A DNA stretch of 62,132 nt, the filler included. It is 8 parts of 8 records of this genome, joined end to end, with 100 filler letters (N's around TTAATTAATTAA, not from the genome) between each part and the next. Parts side by side here need not be neighbours in the genome. Positions count along the whole stretch, not along the records: positions 29,070 to 37,410 come from SRR7504441_5620; positions 37,511 to 47,707 come from SRR7504441_5621; 6 more parts are not named here. The stretch is one strand, 5' to 3'. Position 1 is the first letter of the stretch. The number at the start of each line of letters is the position of its first letter. The notes below the pieces were generated by a model, which was given only the letters and a program-made list of their open reading frames with translations, did not search any database and had not been told where the DNA came from. Positions 31,516-44,200 of this stretch are shown in pieces. The position numbers and the translations under genes are program-made.

Positions 31516-32512
31516 ATGGAGCCGGCGGAGGCCGGGTCCGTGGCGAGCCTGGCTGAGCTCCAGTCTGTGGTGCCCCCCGTCCGCCCTGCCGCCTGACCCG
31601 GCCGGTGCAGCGGGCCGAGCTTCGCCGGTTGCGGGCCGACCTGCACGCCGTGGAGGAGGCCAGCCGGATGAGCAGGCGGGGCAGCTCGCTCGACGGCCGG
31701 TGGAGCCCGCACGAATGCTGGGCCGACCCAAGGCGTTCGTCCGGTCTGGAAGAGGAAATCGAGACCAGTCGCGCCGGGCTCCGCAGGGCGGTGCTCCGGC
31801 TGGGTCGGGCCAACATGGTCCAATGGGCTGGGCTAGCGCTGGGCACCGTGTTCAGCTGGTGGGTGGCGGCGGTGCGCTGGCGGCTCTCCGCGCCGTGCTC
31901 GATCCTGGCCCTAGATCAGGCGCATCGAGAGTCGATGCTCCGTCAGGCGGAGGCGGCTGCCACCCGGCATCTGATGAGCCAGGCACCCCTGCGGAGGGCC
32001 CGGCCCACCGGCGGCAGGTGGCAGATCAGCACCGGGTGAATGCGTTAATTAGGGCGGCGGCCGGGCGCGTGGGCGGTGGCCACGCCCGGCCTGATCCGCC
32101 TACTGGCAGTGCGGACCAACTGCTTGCCGCGCACCAGGCAATCTGTGAGAGGAACCGAGGGCTTGAGGCCGAATTGGTGCGCTCAAAAGAGCGGCAGGCC
32201 CAGCAGTACGCGCTCAATCAGCGCCGTCTGGGGGAGGAGCGCAAGCGGCAAGTGAAGAGTGCTAGGGAGCAATCTGAGAGGTTCAGGGCGAGGCTAGCGG
32301 TGGAGAGGAGGCAAACTAAACTGGCAGAGGCCGAGATCGCCGAGCTGGAGGAGGCTCTTGGGGTGGCGCGGGCGGCGGTGCTGGAGGCATCGGCGCATGG
32401 GTTTGTGATGGGGAAGATAAGACAGGCGGTTGAGGGCAGGATGGACGAACTGCCTGAGGCCGGGCTGCTGCCAACAGATGCGGAGGTGCAAGAGGATCCG
32501 GACGCTTTCTGA
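31516..32512 (+). CDS. Hypothetical coiled-coil protein
   Basis: ATG at 31516, GT-AG intron 31570-31610, GC-AG intron 31983-32017 linking ORFs 31605 and 31397, and a probable in-frame GC-AG intron 32065-32109. Coiled-coil C-terminus. Confidence 0.65.
31983..32017 (+). other. GC-AG intron (35 nt)
   Basis: CAG|GCACCC...GGCAG|GTG. A frame change is needed here to join two coding frames. Confidence 0.6.
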
Positions 32513-32947
32513 GACCAACGGGCGTTCGCGCCCGTGCATGCTTGTCGTCAGCTAATCGAGGTGGGCCTTGGTTCGATGTGGCTCTAGATCCTCTAAAGCA
32601 ATGCTCCATATGGAATAATTTGACATTCAATGCAATTTATAAGTATAGACCGTTGTAAACTTGTCATGTGTAATCATACGTGGGTGAGAGATGCAGATTC
32701 CATGCACACATCTACGAAATACGTACATGTACGGAATATGTACGGAATATGTTTATCGATACTTTAAATAGTAATGCGCATGCATAGATCTAAAATTGTC
32801 CAAATATTACGCACAAAACCTACGGTATGTGTAGCCCAATCAGGTCCAGGTCGAGCTAACATAAGCGGTGCATGATAATGAACGCATGTGCTTGTTGTTG
32901 CAATTGTGTACACTTGTGTATAGCTCCTTGTCCTCACCTAGTGCTGC

Positions 32948-34560
32948 CTAGTGCAGACTCACCTTGACCGCGCCCACTCCGGGGAGCTCCACACCTTTGC
33001 TCATCATCTGCGTGAGCGACCACGGCACAGTCGCCGGCTTGCCGCCCGACCACTTGCGGGCCAAGAACGCCTGCACCACTTTGGAACTGTCGAGCCCTGC
33101 CCCTCTGTGCATTCGGGAGAGCATCTCGGGGTCGCCGTCGTTGGCAGCTTTGGCCTCGTCGTCCACGGCATGTTGCTGGCCCCATTGCTCGTAGCTGACG
33201 CACGTATGCAGCAGCCGCTGGCTGATCAGGTTCATGTAATGGTCAATCTGTTGCTGGCTCTTTGGGTCGATCACACCGCCTCGTGCGTGCATCATTTCAA
33301 ATTTTTGCACCGTCCGGTCGAGCTCAGCAGAGATGAGCCCGTTCAGGTGCTTCCTCAGCTGGGGCAACGGCACTTTGAGCACCGGCTTGGGCTTGGGCGC
33401 ATCCCCGCTGGCCAAGGCTGGCGGGGCATGCGAATTCTTGAGCTCACTCTGCAGTTGTTCTGTCAGTTGGTTGAGCCTATCAGTCTCGCCCTCGGCCCGC
33501 TCCTCGAGAGAGCCTTTGGGCGAGACGGGCCGGTCGGCCTCGACCGGTGGCTTGCCGCTCTTGATCGACTCGAGCAGCTGGGCGATCCCGTCAGTTATCT
33601 GCTCCTCGTCAGATTGCAGTGCTTCAAGTTCAGAATTCTGGGCTCGGTCGTCTGATTCCATCGGCTGGGCGGCAGGCACTATCAGGTCCATCTGACGGGC
33701 GTCGTTGGTCAGCCGGTCCAGGAACTCCGAAAGGTTAGCCGTGTCGATCAGATGTTTGAGCACTTGTGAGACTTCGCCATCGTTCACCTTGGGCTGGTCC
33801 TCCGTGTGCATCAGCATGTCTTCTTGGTCCATGTGCTTCCGTGCCGCCTCCTGTCCCGCCCGTCACGCGGGCAGCCGCCAAGCACACACACCGCATCTCC
33901 GCGGCGCAGGCTGACGTCATAGTCGCCGTAAGGAGAGTCCTCGTAGCCATACCGGGCGAGTGCGTCCGCAGTCTGTTCGACGTAAAACTGCCGCACCCTG
34001 TCCAGCTCCTCCCTGCCCGCCGTCGATGCCGCCCGGGATCGCACGCCTCACCGGGTGAGTGTCTGCCCGTGCTGCTGAAGTTTATGCAAAAACTGCGCCA
34101 CCCGCTTCACTGCAGCCTGCCCCGCCCTCAGCCGGGGGCGCCCGAGAATACGCGCCGTGGTGTCGTCGTCGCCGTGCACGCTCATCAGTTCGTTCAACGG
34201 CTTTGACAAGTCCGGGCTCTCGCCCCGGGCTTCTCCCAGTTCGGGCCGCTCGCATTGGTCGATCGCTCTGTCCAGCGAGAGCAGCGCCGACGTTCGCTGG
34301 TCGAGCGGACCGACCGCCGGCGGCTCGGACGTCTGGCCGGCCCCGAGCGAACGCACCTGCCCCGGCGGCTGAGCTTGGGCGCGGGCGGGGGGGGTTGCCT
34401 CGTGCATTCGGTCCGATTGGAGGTCGAACGGTGTGGCGTGCTGGGCGGCGAGCTGCCGGATCCGGAGCAACTGGGCCAACTGGTGGGCCGTCCGCGAATA
34501 CTGGCCCGGGAGCCCGACCGCGCAGGCCACCAACCAAGCGCAGAAGATCAGCCGGCGCAT
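32948..34560 (-). CDS. Putative secreted helical protein of unknown function
   Basis: Signal peptide MRRLIFCAWLVACAVG-LP. GT-AG introns 34051-34013 and 33891-33851 join three ORFs. Candidate in-frame GC-AG intron 34155-34117. Contains ELGEARGES. Confidence 0.7.
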
Positions 34561-35003
34561 TGTAGTTGGCTTAGACGTCTAGTCCCAACAGCATCCCATA
34601 ATATTGCGCATTTGAAAAAATAAAAATTCTCGTCCATGCCTGAGAGGCTCCGCGCGCTCCGCGCTCCGTGCGGGTCGTCTGGATCTATATCTCGCTCCCT
34701 TTGTGTCATCGCCCAAGGGTCCAGCTTACTCCGCTTGGATGTAATGTTAAACGTATCTTTCATCGCTTGCATGGAACCTTCGCAACGGTTTCATCTTCTC
34801 CTTCCGCTTCTTCGAATTCAATTCGAGATCTCCCGCCGCGCCTACGCCCATGCTACGCCACGCCCAACCTCACAGAACCTCACTCACAAATTTGAATATC
34901 ACGAATATAGTGGGGTTTATTAAAACGACTCGTCCGCCGACGACATCATGCACGTCTCGATTAATCAAATCAATTGTTTGATCCTCAACACTTGGTCAAG
35001 ATC

Positions 35004-36902
35004 TTACTTGGTCTTTAGAGTGTCTGCAGGAAATACCTCGAGGATGCTTGTCGCTGTGCTAATAATCACATCTCGGGGAAGGTGGTGGGTATTTAGCTTA
35101 GAGGCTTGCGCCACAATCCACGCCACTTGCCTTGAGTGCACAAGGCTAGCCCAATCAAGCACCTTGCTGACAAGTTGCTGGGCACTGCTGGCGCGATGGA
35201 ACCCATGTTGCGGATCTCCGTAGTCCTCGTGCTCATGACTACCATGGTCACACATTCGCAAGACGCGTCCAATGTGCCGCAAAATCACTGCTGGTCGCAT
35301 CCTAGACATGGCCGCTATGGACTCCCTCTTGAGCTCACTTACTCTATGTGCTATGCTGTAGTCCATGCAATGCACTATAGCGGGAGCTGTTACGTCCTCG
35401 GCCGATGCACAGCGCGCAGCGAGCAGGTTGAGGGCGACCAGCTGCAAGCTCGGCACGCCCCAGGCAGTGGGCTCGTAAGACCGAGTGGCATAGGTTGCGA
35501 TCAGCGATGCATGCTGTATCACTAATTCCGACGGCGCCTGTTGTACGCAATGCAGCGCCATTGCCATCTGATGCTCCTCCTTTTCAGGCATTCCAACTAA
35601 ACCCTCCTCTGATATTCTTGCCGACTCATCGCACTCCTGAGCAATAGCAATCAGGCCACGTACCACCATGCCTGCCAGTTCAAAGTTTTTACAAGCGGCA
35701 GAATTTGCGCCTTGCAGAATTGTCCTCAGCTCTGTTGAGGCTTTTGACTGGACTGCCCGTCGCGAGTCCTGCTTGAGAGTAATCAGCAGCCGGTCCACAA
35801 CAGCTGGTGAAGGCAACCGTTGCAGAAATAGGCCCAGCGCTTGCACTATCGCCTGCTGCTGTCCAGCATTATAGCCGGATCTCTCAGCCAGCTTCAACAG
35901 ATGCTCGGCTTTCATCTCGATCGCTGCGAGTGCCTTCACACCCTCTGTGAAGACTGGAATGGTTGCCGTCCTTGTGTTGCTGCGTGGCCATCGTGAACTG
36001 TCCTGTAGCGCGGCCACAATGGTCGGAACGGTATCCAGCGCCTTCGGGCCCATGTTTCCCAGCGCCTCGAGGCAGAATGTCAGTACCTCAGGGCGAGTTT
36101 CACTGGCCAGCTTCTCGCTGAGCGCTGAGCGGGCCTCAAAACAATAGTCATGTGGGGGCATAGCCTGGCCAGGGATACTGACCAGCGCCTTGATTACTCC
36201 GCACAGCATCCCTCTGCACCAGGCCTGTCGCGAGTTCTCCCACTCTCGCGAGTTCTCTCCCAGCAGCTTCTTCACATTGAGGAGGCTAAGGCAGCGCATG
36301 GCCTGGCAGTCAGGCGTTCGGGTGCACTTGCGGATCGCCGGCAGCACGTGAAGGGCCCGCAGATTGTCCCAGTCCCATTTGATCAAAGTCGACTGGAGCA
36401 ACTCTGCCAGCCCCTGCCACACTGCCTCTCCCGCGTCCGCCGCCGCCATGACCGCGAAGGATGCAGCCACTGCGCTGCAAATCTCGTCACGGACATGCGG
36501 CGAGTGCGTTCCTTTCTGCAAACCGAGCAGCGCGCTCAGCATAGCCGAGATTGTCTGCACGTGCTCGGGCAACGGCGAGGCTGTGGCCAGGATGTTCAGG
36601 ATCGATACCGCCCCCTTGAGCGGCCGGGAGCCCCCGGTGCCGAGATCGAACGGCTCCAGCCGTTTAGGGTTACTGGCGGAGCTAATGCAATCCAGAAACC
36701 GCCGGTGTGTTGTCCGGAGCAGCGAGCACAGCTGGTCGCGCAGGTTTGTCGCCAGCGCGCAGTTCCGGCCCAGGATGCTCAGCGTGACTCTCTGCGACGG
36801 CTGCTGGGCGGTGCTTGTAGCAACGTCCACCTCCGGGTCGGTCAGGGCGGCCGAGAGCGCCTCGGTCAGCACCCTGAGCGGCGAGGACCGGGGGAATGCC
36901 AT
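35004..36902 (-). CDS. HEAT/ARM-repeat alpha-solenoid protein (632 aa, no obvious introns)
   Basis: HEAT-like segments PHVRDEICSAVA, CLEALGNMGPKALDTVPTIVAALQD, LKQDSRRAVQSKASTEL. Confidence 0.7.
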   Translation of the reverse strand: MAFPRSSPLRVLTEALSAALTDPEVDVATSTAQQPSQRVTLSILGRNCALATNLRDQLCSLLRTTHRRFLDCISSASNPKRLEPFDLGTGGSRPLKGAVSILNILATASPLPEHVQTISAMLSALLGLQKGTHSPHVRDEICSAVAASFAVMAAADAGEAVWQGLAELLQSTLIKWDWDNLRALHVLPAIRKCTRTPDCQAMRCLSLLNVKKLLGENSREWENSRQAWCRGMLCGVIKALVSIPGQAMPPHDYCFEARSALSEKLASETRPEVLTFCLEALGNMGPKALDTVPTIVAALQDSSRWPRSNTRTATIPVFTEGVKALAAIEMKAEHLLKLAERSGYNAGQQQAIVQALGLFLQRLPSPAVVDRLLITLKQDSRRAVQSKASTELRTILQGANSAACKNFELAGMVVRGLIAIAQECDESARISEEGLVGMPEKEEHQMAMALHCVQQAPSELVIQHASLIATYATRSYEPTAWGVPSLQLVALNLLAARCASAEDVTAPAIVHCMDYSIAHRVSELKRESIAAMSRMRPAVILRHIGRVLRMCDHGSHEHEDYGDPQHGFHRASSAQQLVSKVLDWASLVHSRQVAWIVAQASKLNTHHLPRDVIISTATSILEVFPADTLKTK

Positions 36903-36998
36903 AGAGTCTCAGAAAATTGCGCGGGCAGCAAAAACCGGCACTCAGTACAAAGTCCCGGCAGAGAGCCAGTCAGGCTGAGTCAGCCCCGCGGCAAGGGG

Positions 36999-37410
36999 AT
37001 GCCCGACCACGAGGAGGCGGACCCCGATCAGCAGGTGCACGAGGCGGCAATCTCCGAGGAAGCCAAATGGCGGCAAGTCCACGACGCTACGCTCGTCAGC
37101 CGCCTGGGTCACTGCCATGGACCAACTGACTTTAGCCCTTTTACCGGCTCGAGTGAGTCCATCTCGACCACCGCCTCGCCGTAGTCGGCCGCTCTCGGCA
37201 TGTTCTGGTATCCCGCGATCAATATGTATACCTCTGCACCGATCCTGGCGGAGTGCCGGATCCAGTCACGCGATCAGAAGAGCTCCTCAGCCGGGCCCAG
37301 ACCCGTCATTGACAACTCCACCTGTCCGCCATACCAGGACGCGGGACCTGGCCTCAGAATCGGTGCCCCCGGTGGAGGTGCGCAGCCTCCTGCTGGGGAA
37401 GCAGGGGGAG
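36999..37410 (+). CDS. 5' fragment of a hypothetical protein (splicing unresolved, truncated by the linker)
   Basis: MPDHEEADPDQQVHEAAISEEAKWRQVHD starts 96 nt from the divergent HEAT gene, followed by donor-like GTGAGT and GTGCGC. Confidence 0.35.
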
Positions 37411-37510
37411 NNNNNNNNNNNNNNNNNNNNNNNNNNNNNNNNNNNNNNNNNNNNTTAATTAATTAANNNNNNNNNNNNNNNNNNNNNNNNNNNNNNNNNN
37501 NNNNNNNNNN
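37411..37510. other. Synthetic contig linker
   Basis: Same 100-nt spacer. Confidence 0.98.
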
Positions 37511-38149
37511 GCTCTCAAGGCAGCTCTCCTCCCGCCAGACGTACCGGCCCTCTACCCGACTCCGCTCCTGCTTACCGCCCACTGGCCTGCGTACCGCCGC
37601 CGCCTGCTCAGCCTGCCTAGCTAGCCGCTGGGCCACCGCCTCCGCCTTGCCTTTCCGAGCCTGCACCACCGCCGCCCGCTTCTGGCCGGCGACTGCAGCC
37701 CGCTCCCTGAGATCCTTCTGGATCTCCTGCGCCTGCCGATACCCCAGCCGCTGCTTGGGCCTCCGGGGCCGTGGTGCAGTCACAGTCCAGCGCTCGATCA
37801 CCTTCGGTTGGTTCTCGGCCAGCCAATTCTCTTTGAGCTTTGCTGCTTCCTTGTCGATCGCCGCCTTGAGCTTGTACCCCGGGCTCCGCGGCCGCCGCGC
37901 GTCCTCCTGGTCGAGGTACCCGCCCAGCACCCACGAGTCTCCCGCCAGCTGCGGCGGCCGCCGCCGCCTGACCCGAGGGCTGCTCCGCGGGCTGCTGCTC
38001 TCAGCCCGGCTAGTCGCAGCGGGCGCGCGGGGCGGGCTGCGGGTGATGGCGAGCCGAGCCAGCTCCGCCTCCAGCTGCTGGGCACGGTACGCCGCCGCGG
38101 CCGCGGTCTCCGGCTCACTGGCTGCCCTGGCAGCAGCGAATCGCACCAT
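37511..38149 (-). CDS. Hypothetical basic/helical protein, 3'-truncated
   Basis: ATG at 38149 after AT-rich intergenic DNA; frame stays open to the linker. Confidence 0.5.
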
Positions 38150-38296
38150 TTGAATGTCGTTGATGCCTTGTACACATGTAGGTACGCTGTACGGTAGATC
38201 TAATTAAAATAAGTAAGGTACTGTAAGACACTATGATTGTCTACACGTGTAGTACACGTGTAGAGCTAATTCACTCAATTAGAAAGGCACTCAAGT

Positions 38297-41200
38297 CTAC
38301 ATCTTGTCCCGCGAGTAGCACAGAAAGAATTGCTCCTTGCCCGAGCCCGAAATGTCTGCCGAAATGTTCTTGTTCTCCCATACCGTCTTCACGACAGTGT
38401 ACCTACAGCGTGCACTCAGCCCGGCCAGTGCCAGGCCGCACTCAGGCGGTGCAGTCTCGACCACTCCCGAGTTTGGTCGGAGTGACTTCGGAAAGTACGG
38501 GTCCGGAGTCGCGTGGCCGAGCATTGTGCAGCCTAGAAACCAGCTCAGCATTGACAAACTAGGTTGACCTGGGGTTTTGAGGATCTGTAGGTCTGTCAAG
38601 TCGGCACCCCAAATCGGATCCCTATTGAACATAAGATGCAGCGCCAGATTCTTGCGGGATCTGCCGAACACTCAGCGCCAGCAGATTAAGGGATGGCCAC
38701 TTCACTCCTTCGTACAGGTTGGCAACCTCTCTCGAGGGCATCAAGCAGCGCGCACCCTCCCATGGCAAACGTGGGAACAGCCCTCCAATCGAACTTCTCT
38801 GCACGTCTTGCGTTGTGTTCCTTCGCTCTGCACAACACGCTAGCCCAGGCTCGCTGCTAGGGGCATTGCCTGGCCCTGATGCGAGCTCGATTTCTTTTCT
38901 GTTTCTGATCACTACGACACGAGTGATCGGGTCATGCCCCTGCCCCAAGTCAGCAACTAGACAGATGGTGGCTACCTGGTCCCGTCGCACAGCCAGCATC
39001 ATCCGGCGCGAGCCATCGCCGCTGTCAAGCTCAGCAGAAAGCCCGGAGATTGTCTTTGCCAGCACATGCCAACCATCCACACACATTTGGTCCACTGCAT
39101 TTGCCAACTCTCGATCGTTCCTCCCAATTACTACAGCCAAGTCTGTAATTGGGGGCAGCGCTCCCAGACTGTACACTCTTTCTCTGAGGGGGAGCACTTG
39201 TCGCGGCGCCATAGGTACAAGCATGAAGCTGATCATCGTGGAGCACAGCCGGACTTTCCGTCTGGATCCGGCAGCCTCGAAGGTGATCCCGTGCCGGGTG
39301 AGTCCGAACAGCTCCTGCCAAAATGTTCAAGCGCCAGGCGTGGCCACACTCGCCTGTGGGTCTTCGTCATCGTATGCTAGCTGGAGCTGAGAGATGACAA
39401 GAGGCCCACCGGCTGCGGCGCCCAAGTAGCGGCCGCCCTCAAGTGCAATCCCAAGTGGCCGCACCTGAGAGGCATTCAGCACATAAGCAGGCTGTGAGGC
39501 AAGGGACTATGCTGTGTGCATCCTAGTGAGATTTGGCCCAGCTACCGTCGTGCGCAGGTCGCGCTCAAGCAACGCTCTCTCGTTTTCGTCCTTGTATTCC
39601 ACAATTTGACCTATAGGCAGCTCTTCAAGAGAGTACTTAACTGTCAGCACCACCGCCGCGCTCCCTGCACCGACTGAGCCCAGCACCGCTAGCCCGCTGC
39701 TACCTGCTGCCAGCTCGAACGGCTGGTTCAGACTGTCGTTGATCACCACGTATCCAGCTGGCGGATGCACTGCCACTGGGAGCAGCTTGAGGTCAGTCAG
39801 AGGTCTGATCTCCCGGCTGACGCCCTTGCTGGTGTCCCACTGGGGAATGAAGCCACAGCTGTCGATCAAGTCGCGCGGCTCAGCCACACGCTTGCTCGGC
39901 TTGATCACCTATCGACACATTTACGTGGAGTTATGACTCGGGCGGGACCTGCAGCGTATCGGCACGGTCTGCTGCATTGCGCACATCACTGGTGATTCCA
40001 GTCGCCAGGTCTGCAATCCCAGTGACTGGCTTGGCCACAACTCCAACCACCCCCTTGCCAAGTCCCTTGAGCAGTCCCAACGCACCCCCCTCTACTGCGC
40101 CCTTGACCGGCTGATACAATACCCCGCCAACCCCCTCGACGATCCCTCGACCAAACGACACCAACCCAGACCGCGAGTTGGCAGTCTTGTAAGTCTTCTC
40201 GGCCTGGGACTGATTCAACTTGACTTGTTTTCGCTTGTTCTTGTAGTCCTCGTCGAAAGTTGCCTTGGCAAATACATCAGCCGCCTGTGGCCCAGCACGC
40301 TCAGTCACAACGACACCATCCTTGGCGTCAAACCTGGCCAAACACCGACGCACCAACCCCGCCCACACCAGAGACCATTCCCGCGCCAGCAGACTTGCCC
40401 GCAGCGCTCCAAGTGGTCCTATTGCCCTCGGACGGCTCATATAGCAGTGACTTGACTCGAGAGAAGGCGCGGGCAGCCCGCGACGGATTGCCCAAGAATT
40501 CCAGTCCACTCGCCAGTCGGCCAGCTGAGGCCAGTCCGGCTTGGACGTAGAACTCGGTGAGCACGTCCTGCAACTGCTTCGAGTCCCAGATCTGACCGCC
40601 TGAAAGCTGGAAAGAAGGCAGCTGCATCACCTAGCCCACGCACTGTCAGGTTGAGACAGTCGGTCTGCCGGCACCGCGTTGGTCATGTTGGGGATCATGT
40701 ACTCTCCCAGCCGGATCGAGACAACCGCCTTGGCAGGCTGAAGCTCAAAGTTCCGGATCCGCAATTCAGTCCCAGTGCGAGGCGCACTACACCAGTCAGA
40801 GTCACAGCAAACTGCAGGAGGCGGGTCTAACCTGGGCGGGTCGGGCTTTCCTGATTTGGCAGGTATGAGCATCTGCAGTTCCTGCCAGACAATTCTAACT
40901 ACAGTTCAGGGCTTGGCGGTGCCTGGTAGAAGGAGGTCTCCACTTGGACGGCCAGAGGCTGCACCAGCACATCAAACTCGTGCAGATGAAGCTCCATTGC
41001 CCGCTGAGCTGCAGCGCCGCGCCGCCTGCCACAGCCATTCTCGGTCAACGACTGGCCTTTGTCAAGCACAGACCTGGCTTGCCACCCTGCCACTACCTCA
41101 ATCATCGGCCTGGAATGATACTCATAAGGGGACAGCACAATGTCGAAGAAGTGCGGTGATGTGCACTGATTGTCGATCTGAAGATGATCCACAGAGCCCT

Positions 41201-44200
41201 CCAGCTTCTGACGAAGCCCCTGGCTGGAGAGCTCGCCATACACCCCAGCCACAGTCAGCTTGGTCACTTCTCGCATCAGGTTGGATGATCGCAAGTAGAT
41301 ATTGGCGCTGATCCCCGTCAGGATGATCGACATCCTGCATTGTCTCAGGTCCAACAGAGCATCTTTGTACAAATCCCTGGCCAGTGCTCGCGATAATTCC
41401 TCCTCTTCGAGCACCAGCGCCCTGAGATGGCTTTCACGCATGTTTGGGTCCATGAACCGAGTGAAGCGTGTTCGAGTCCATCGCCGCCGCCGAACATACA
41501 TGGTTCCTCCTGAAGAGCCATAGTAGCTCCCACCAAAGTTAAATCCATAGAACCAACCGTCCTTATCTGGAGCCACCCCACTCTCTGGAGCCGTGGCTGG
41601 ACGCCATGGACCTTCCCAGTACCACTGCTTGCCATCAGGCTGGCCTGACTCATCAGCGAATTCGAGGTTGTTGAACTTTTTCTTTGGCTTGTTCTGACCG
41701 TCTGACCAGTTGTCTCGGTCAGTTGGAAACAGGCTGCCAGCAGAGTAATCGTTCCAGGCCATCAACCGACGCTGGTTCTCCCAGATTTCCTCGACTACGC
41801 GCTCTGTGATGATGTTCACGTTCTGATCCTCAAACATAATTGTGGTGATCCCATCGTCTACAATCACCTTGTACAGAATCTTACTCTTGAGCTTGCTGGC
41901 GTTGTCTAGTGTGAAGATGGTGTCCAGCTCAAAGGTAGTCACCTCGCCCAGATCTATCTGATGAGTCCTCGACCGGTCCTGTCCATCTGTGTATGCTACA
42001 AGCAGCCTGTACCCGATCGTCTGCTGTCCCTGCTGTGTGAGCGGCACTGTGTCATAGAAGTACCCCATCTCGCTGCCTGGCGGGAGCTTGTCGGGGAGAG
42101 GCTGTGGCAGCGAGACAGGCACATCCTGCTTGATACTCACCGTGTATGGAGTCTTGTTGATCACGATGATTGGCGGCTGAGACTGCGCCGAGACCTGCAC
42201 CAGCGATGGATCGAGGCACAAGTAAGGCTTGGCACCTCGAGCACGTATGACGCCATCTGCTTCCTGACTGCGACTTGCAGCAGCAACTTCTCGCCTGTCC
42301 TGAGGTTGCACAGCTTGCGGATGTTGGAGCCCAAGTCGTCCGCCAGGACTGGGCTGCTCCAGTCCCACTCGGGCCCGAGCCGCACGTGCACAAGGTCCTC
42401 GTAACTCTTGTCCATATCCTTTTCCACGTTCCACTCAGAAGGCGCCGGCAGAGAGAGATCCCTAGGGCCCCACTGCAGCGGGCTTTCTGACCCAGCTGGC
42501 AGCTCGAGGGAGACGTTGCGCCCACATCGGACTGAGAGCGGCACATCCAGCCTGTTGTGAAGGGTATACTTTGGAGCAAACTTTAGGATCTTGGTCCAAC
42601 GCAGCTTACCCACCCCAGCTTCGCACCTAGCCACCCCCATGACTCCCCTTTCGTAACAAATTAGGGTTTGAACAGTTAATCTAAGGCGAGGGTCACCAGA
42701 ACTGGATCAGCAGCTTATCAGGCCCATTAATCAGCCTGATAGTCTCAACACTGCCCATCCCGAGCGGCTTGGACCCAAATATCAACTTCTGCTCCTCTGA
42801 CTCACCCAATCGCATAATAAAACCCATGTTGGCCAGGTCTCCACCCACTGGCGAGATGCGTGAACCATTGGCAAAGTCCTCCTTGCACAAGATAACAAAC
42901 TCGTCGCCCTCTGACACGCGATTCTGGCCCCACTCCAGCCGGAGTTGGGAGAAGACTTGCTCGCAGTGGCCGTCGTTCCGCATCAAGTGAACTATGTAGG
43001 GGCTGTAGATCACCAGCACCACATGCAGGTCCTTCTTTCGGAAGTCTGCAGTGACGTACACCCGTTCTTCGCGGTTCAGAGCCTGCAGCACCACTGGTTC
43101 TGCCGGTTTGTCGGGCTCCGAGGAATGGCATGCCGCCAGCTGGGCAATCGTGAACTGACTCTTGCCCTCCACACCGGGCAACTGCACCCAGGCGCTCAGC
43201 TCACTCTGGTTCAGACGTTGCGGCAGTGTGATCAGCTCGGACTTTTTGTTTGGCCCAATCACGACTGGCTGGTCCATCCCAGTCACGTGCAGCTCCACTT
43301 CAAATGGAAGTGCATTGGCTATCTTGACCGCTGTCTGTGTGGAGCCGCCAGGTGTAGTTACAGACGGTGACATTGTAGGCGACATCATCTCGCCGTGTAC
43401 AGAGTCTGCCAAAATATGACCAATCAAGCAACCTAGCTTACTATCCAGATGACATACCATTCCAGACCTTGGCTGTATCCATGTTGAGTGCGTCGAGTGC
43501 GCTCTTATTGACGTGCAGCGAGATAAGATGCCCACATACCAGCCTCACGGAGTAGTCCGGCCGGCCTGGCAGACATTTGTCAGATCCTTCACTGGCCTTG
43601 GCAGGGCAACCCACCAAAGTCGGGGCTGATGATTCGCTTGGCCGTCAATCCGAGCGCGCACTTGTCTACCAGAGGCTGCTGTACCATTGAAGGCAGCAGA
43701 ATAGTCAACTCTGCCAGCAATCGAGCAGTGGCTGTCATAAGGTCAGGCCAGCATAGAAACATCTCGACGTGGGCCTTTTCTATTCCAAGCTTAGCGATGG
43801 GTAGCCAGCCGCGGGTCGTGTCAGAGCAGTATTTCATCGTGACCCTGTCGGCCTTGAACGAGGCAGTCAGCTCGATGGAGACGCCCTGGTTTTGGCCATG
43901 ACGGGGGCCCATGATCGCAGAAGACTCGAACAGCGATCGGTCAAGCACCTGGATTGTGCGCTGCTTGTGACCCCAGCTATCCGGGATGCTGCCAGGCTCC
44001 TGTAGATCGAGTCTACCTGAAGCTACCCTGGACAGAGCTTCCTGCTCTTCGGCATCTTCCCCGATGGCCGGCTCGGGCCGCGTGGCCGAGTCGTGCTCGG
44101 CGATGTCCTCCTGGGAAAGAATGCCTTGGACCTCTTGTACAGAGTACGACACCTCTTGCACAGCTTGGGTGACCTCCTGCAGCAATTCCTCCAGCACAGA

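Noticed and set aside
34548-34923. Short ORFs between the secreted-protein and HEAT genes
   Set aside because: No recognisable motifs, atypical composition, and overlap with the expected promoter/UTR space.
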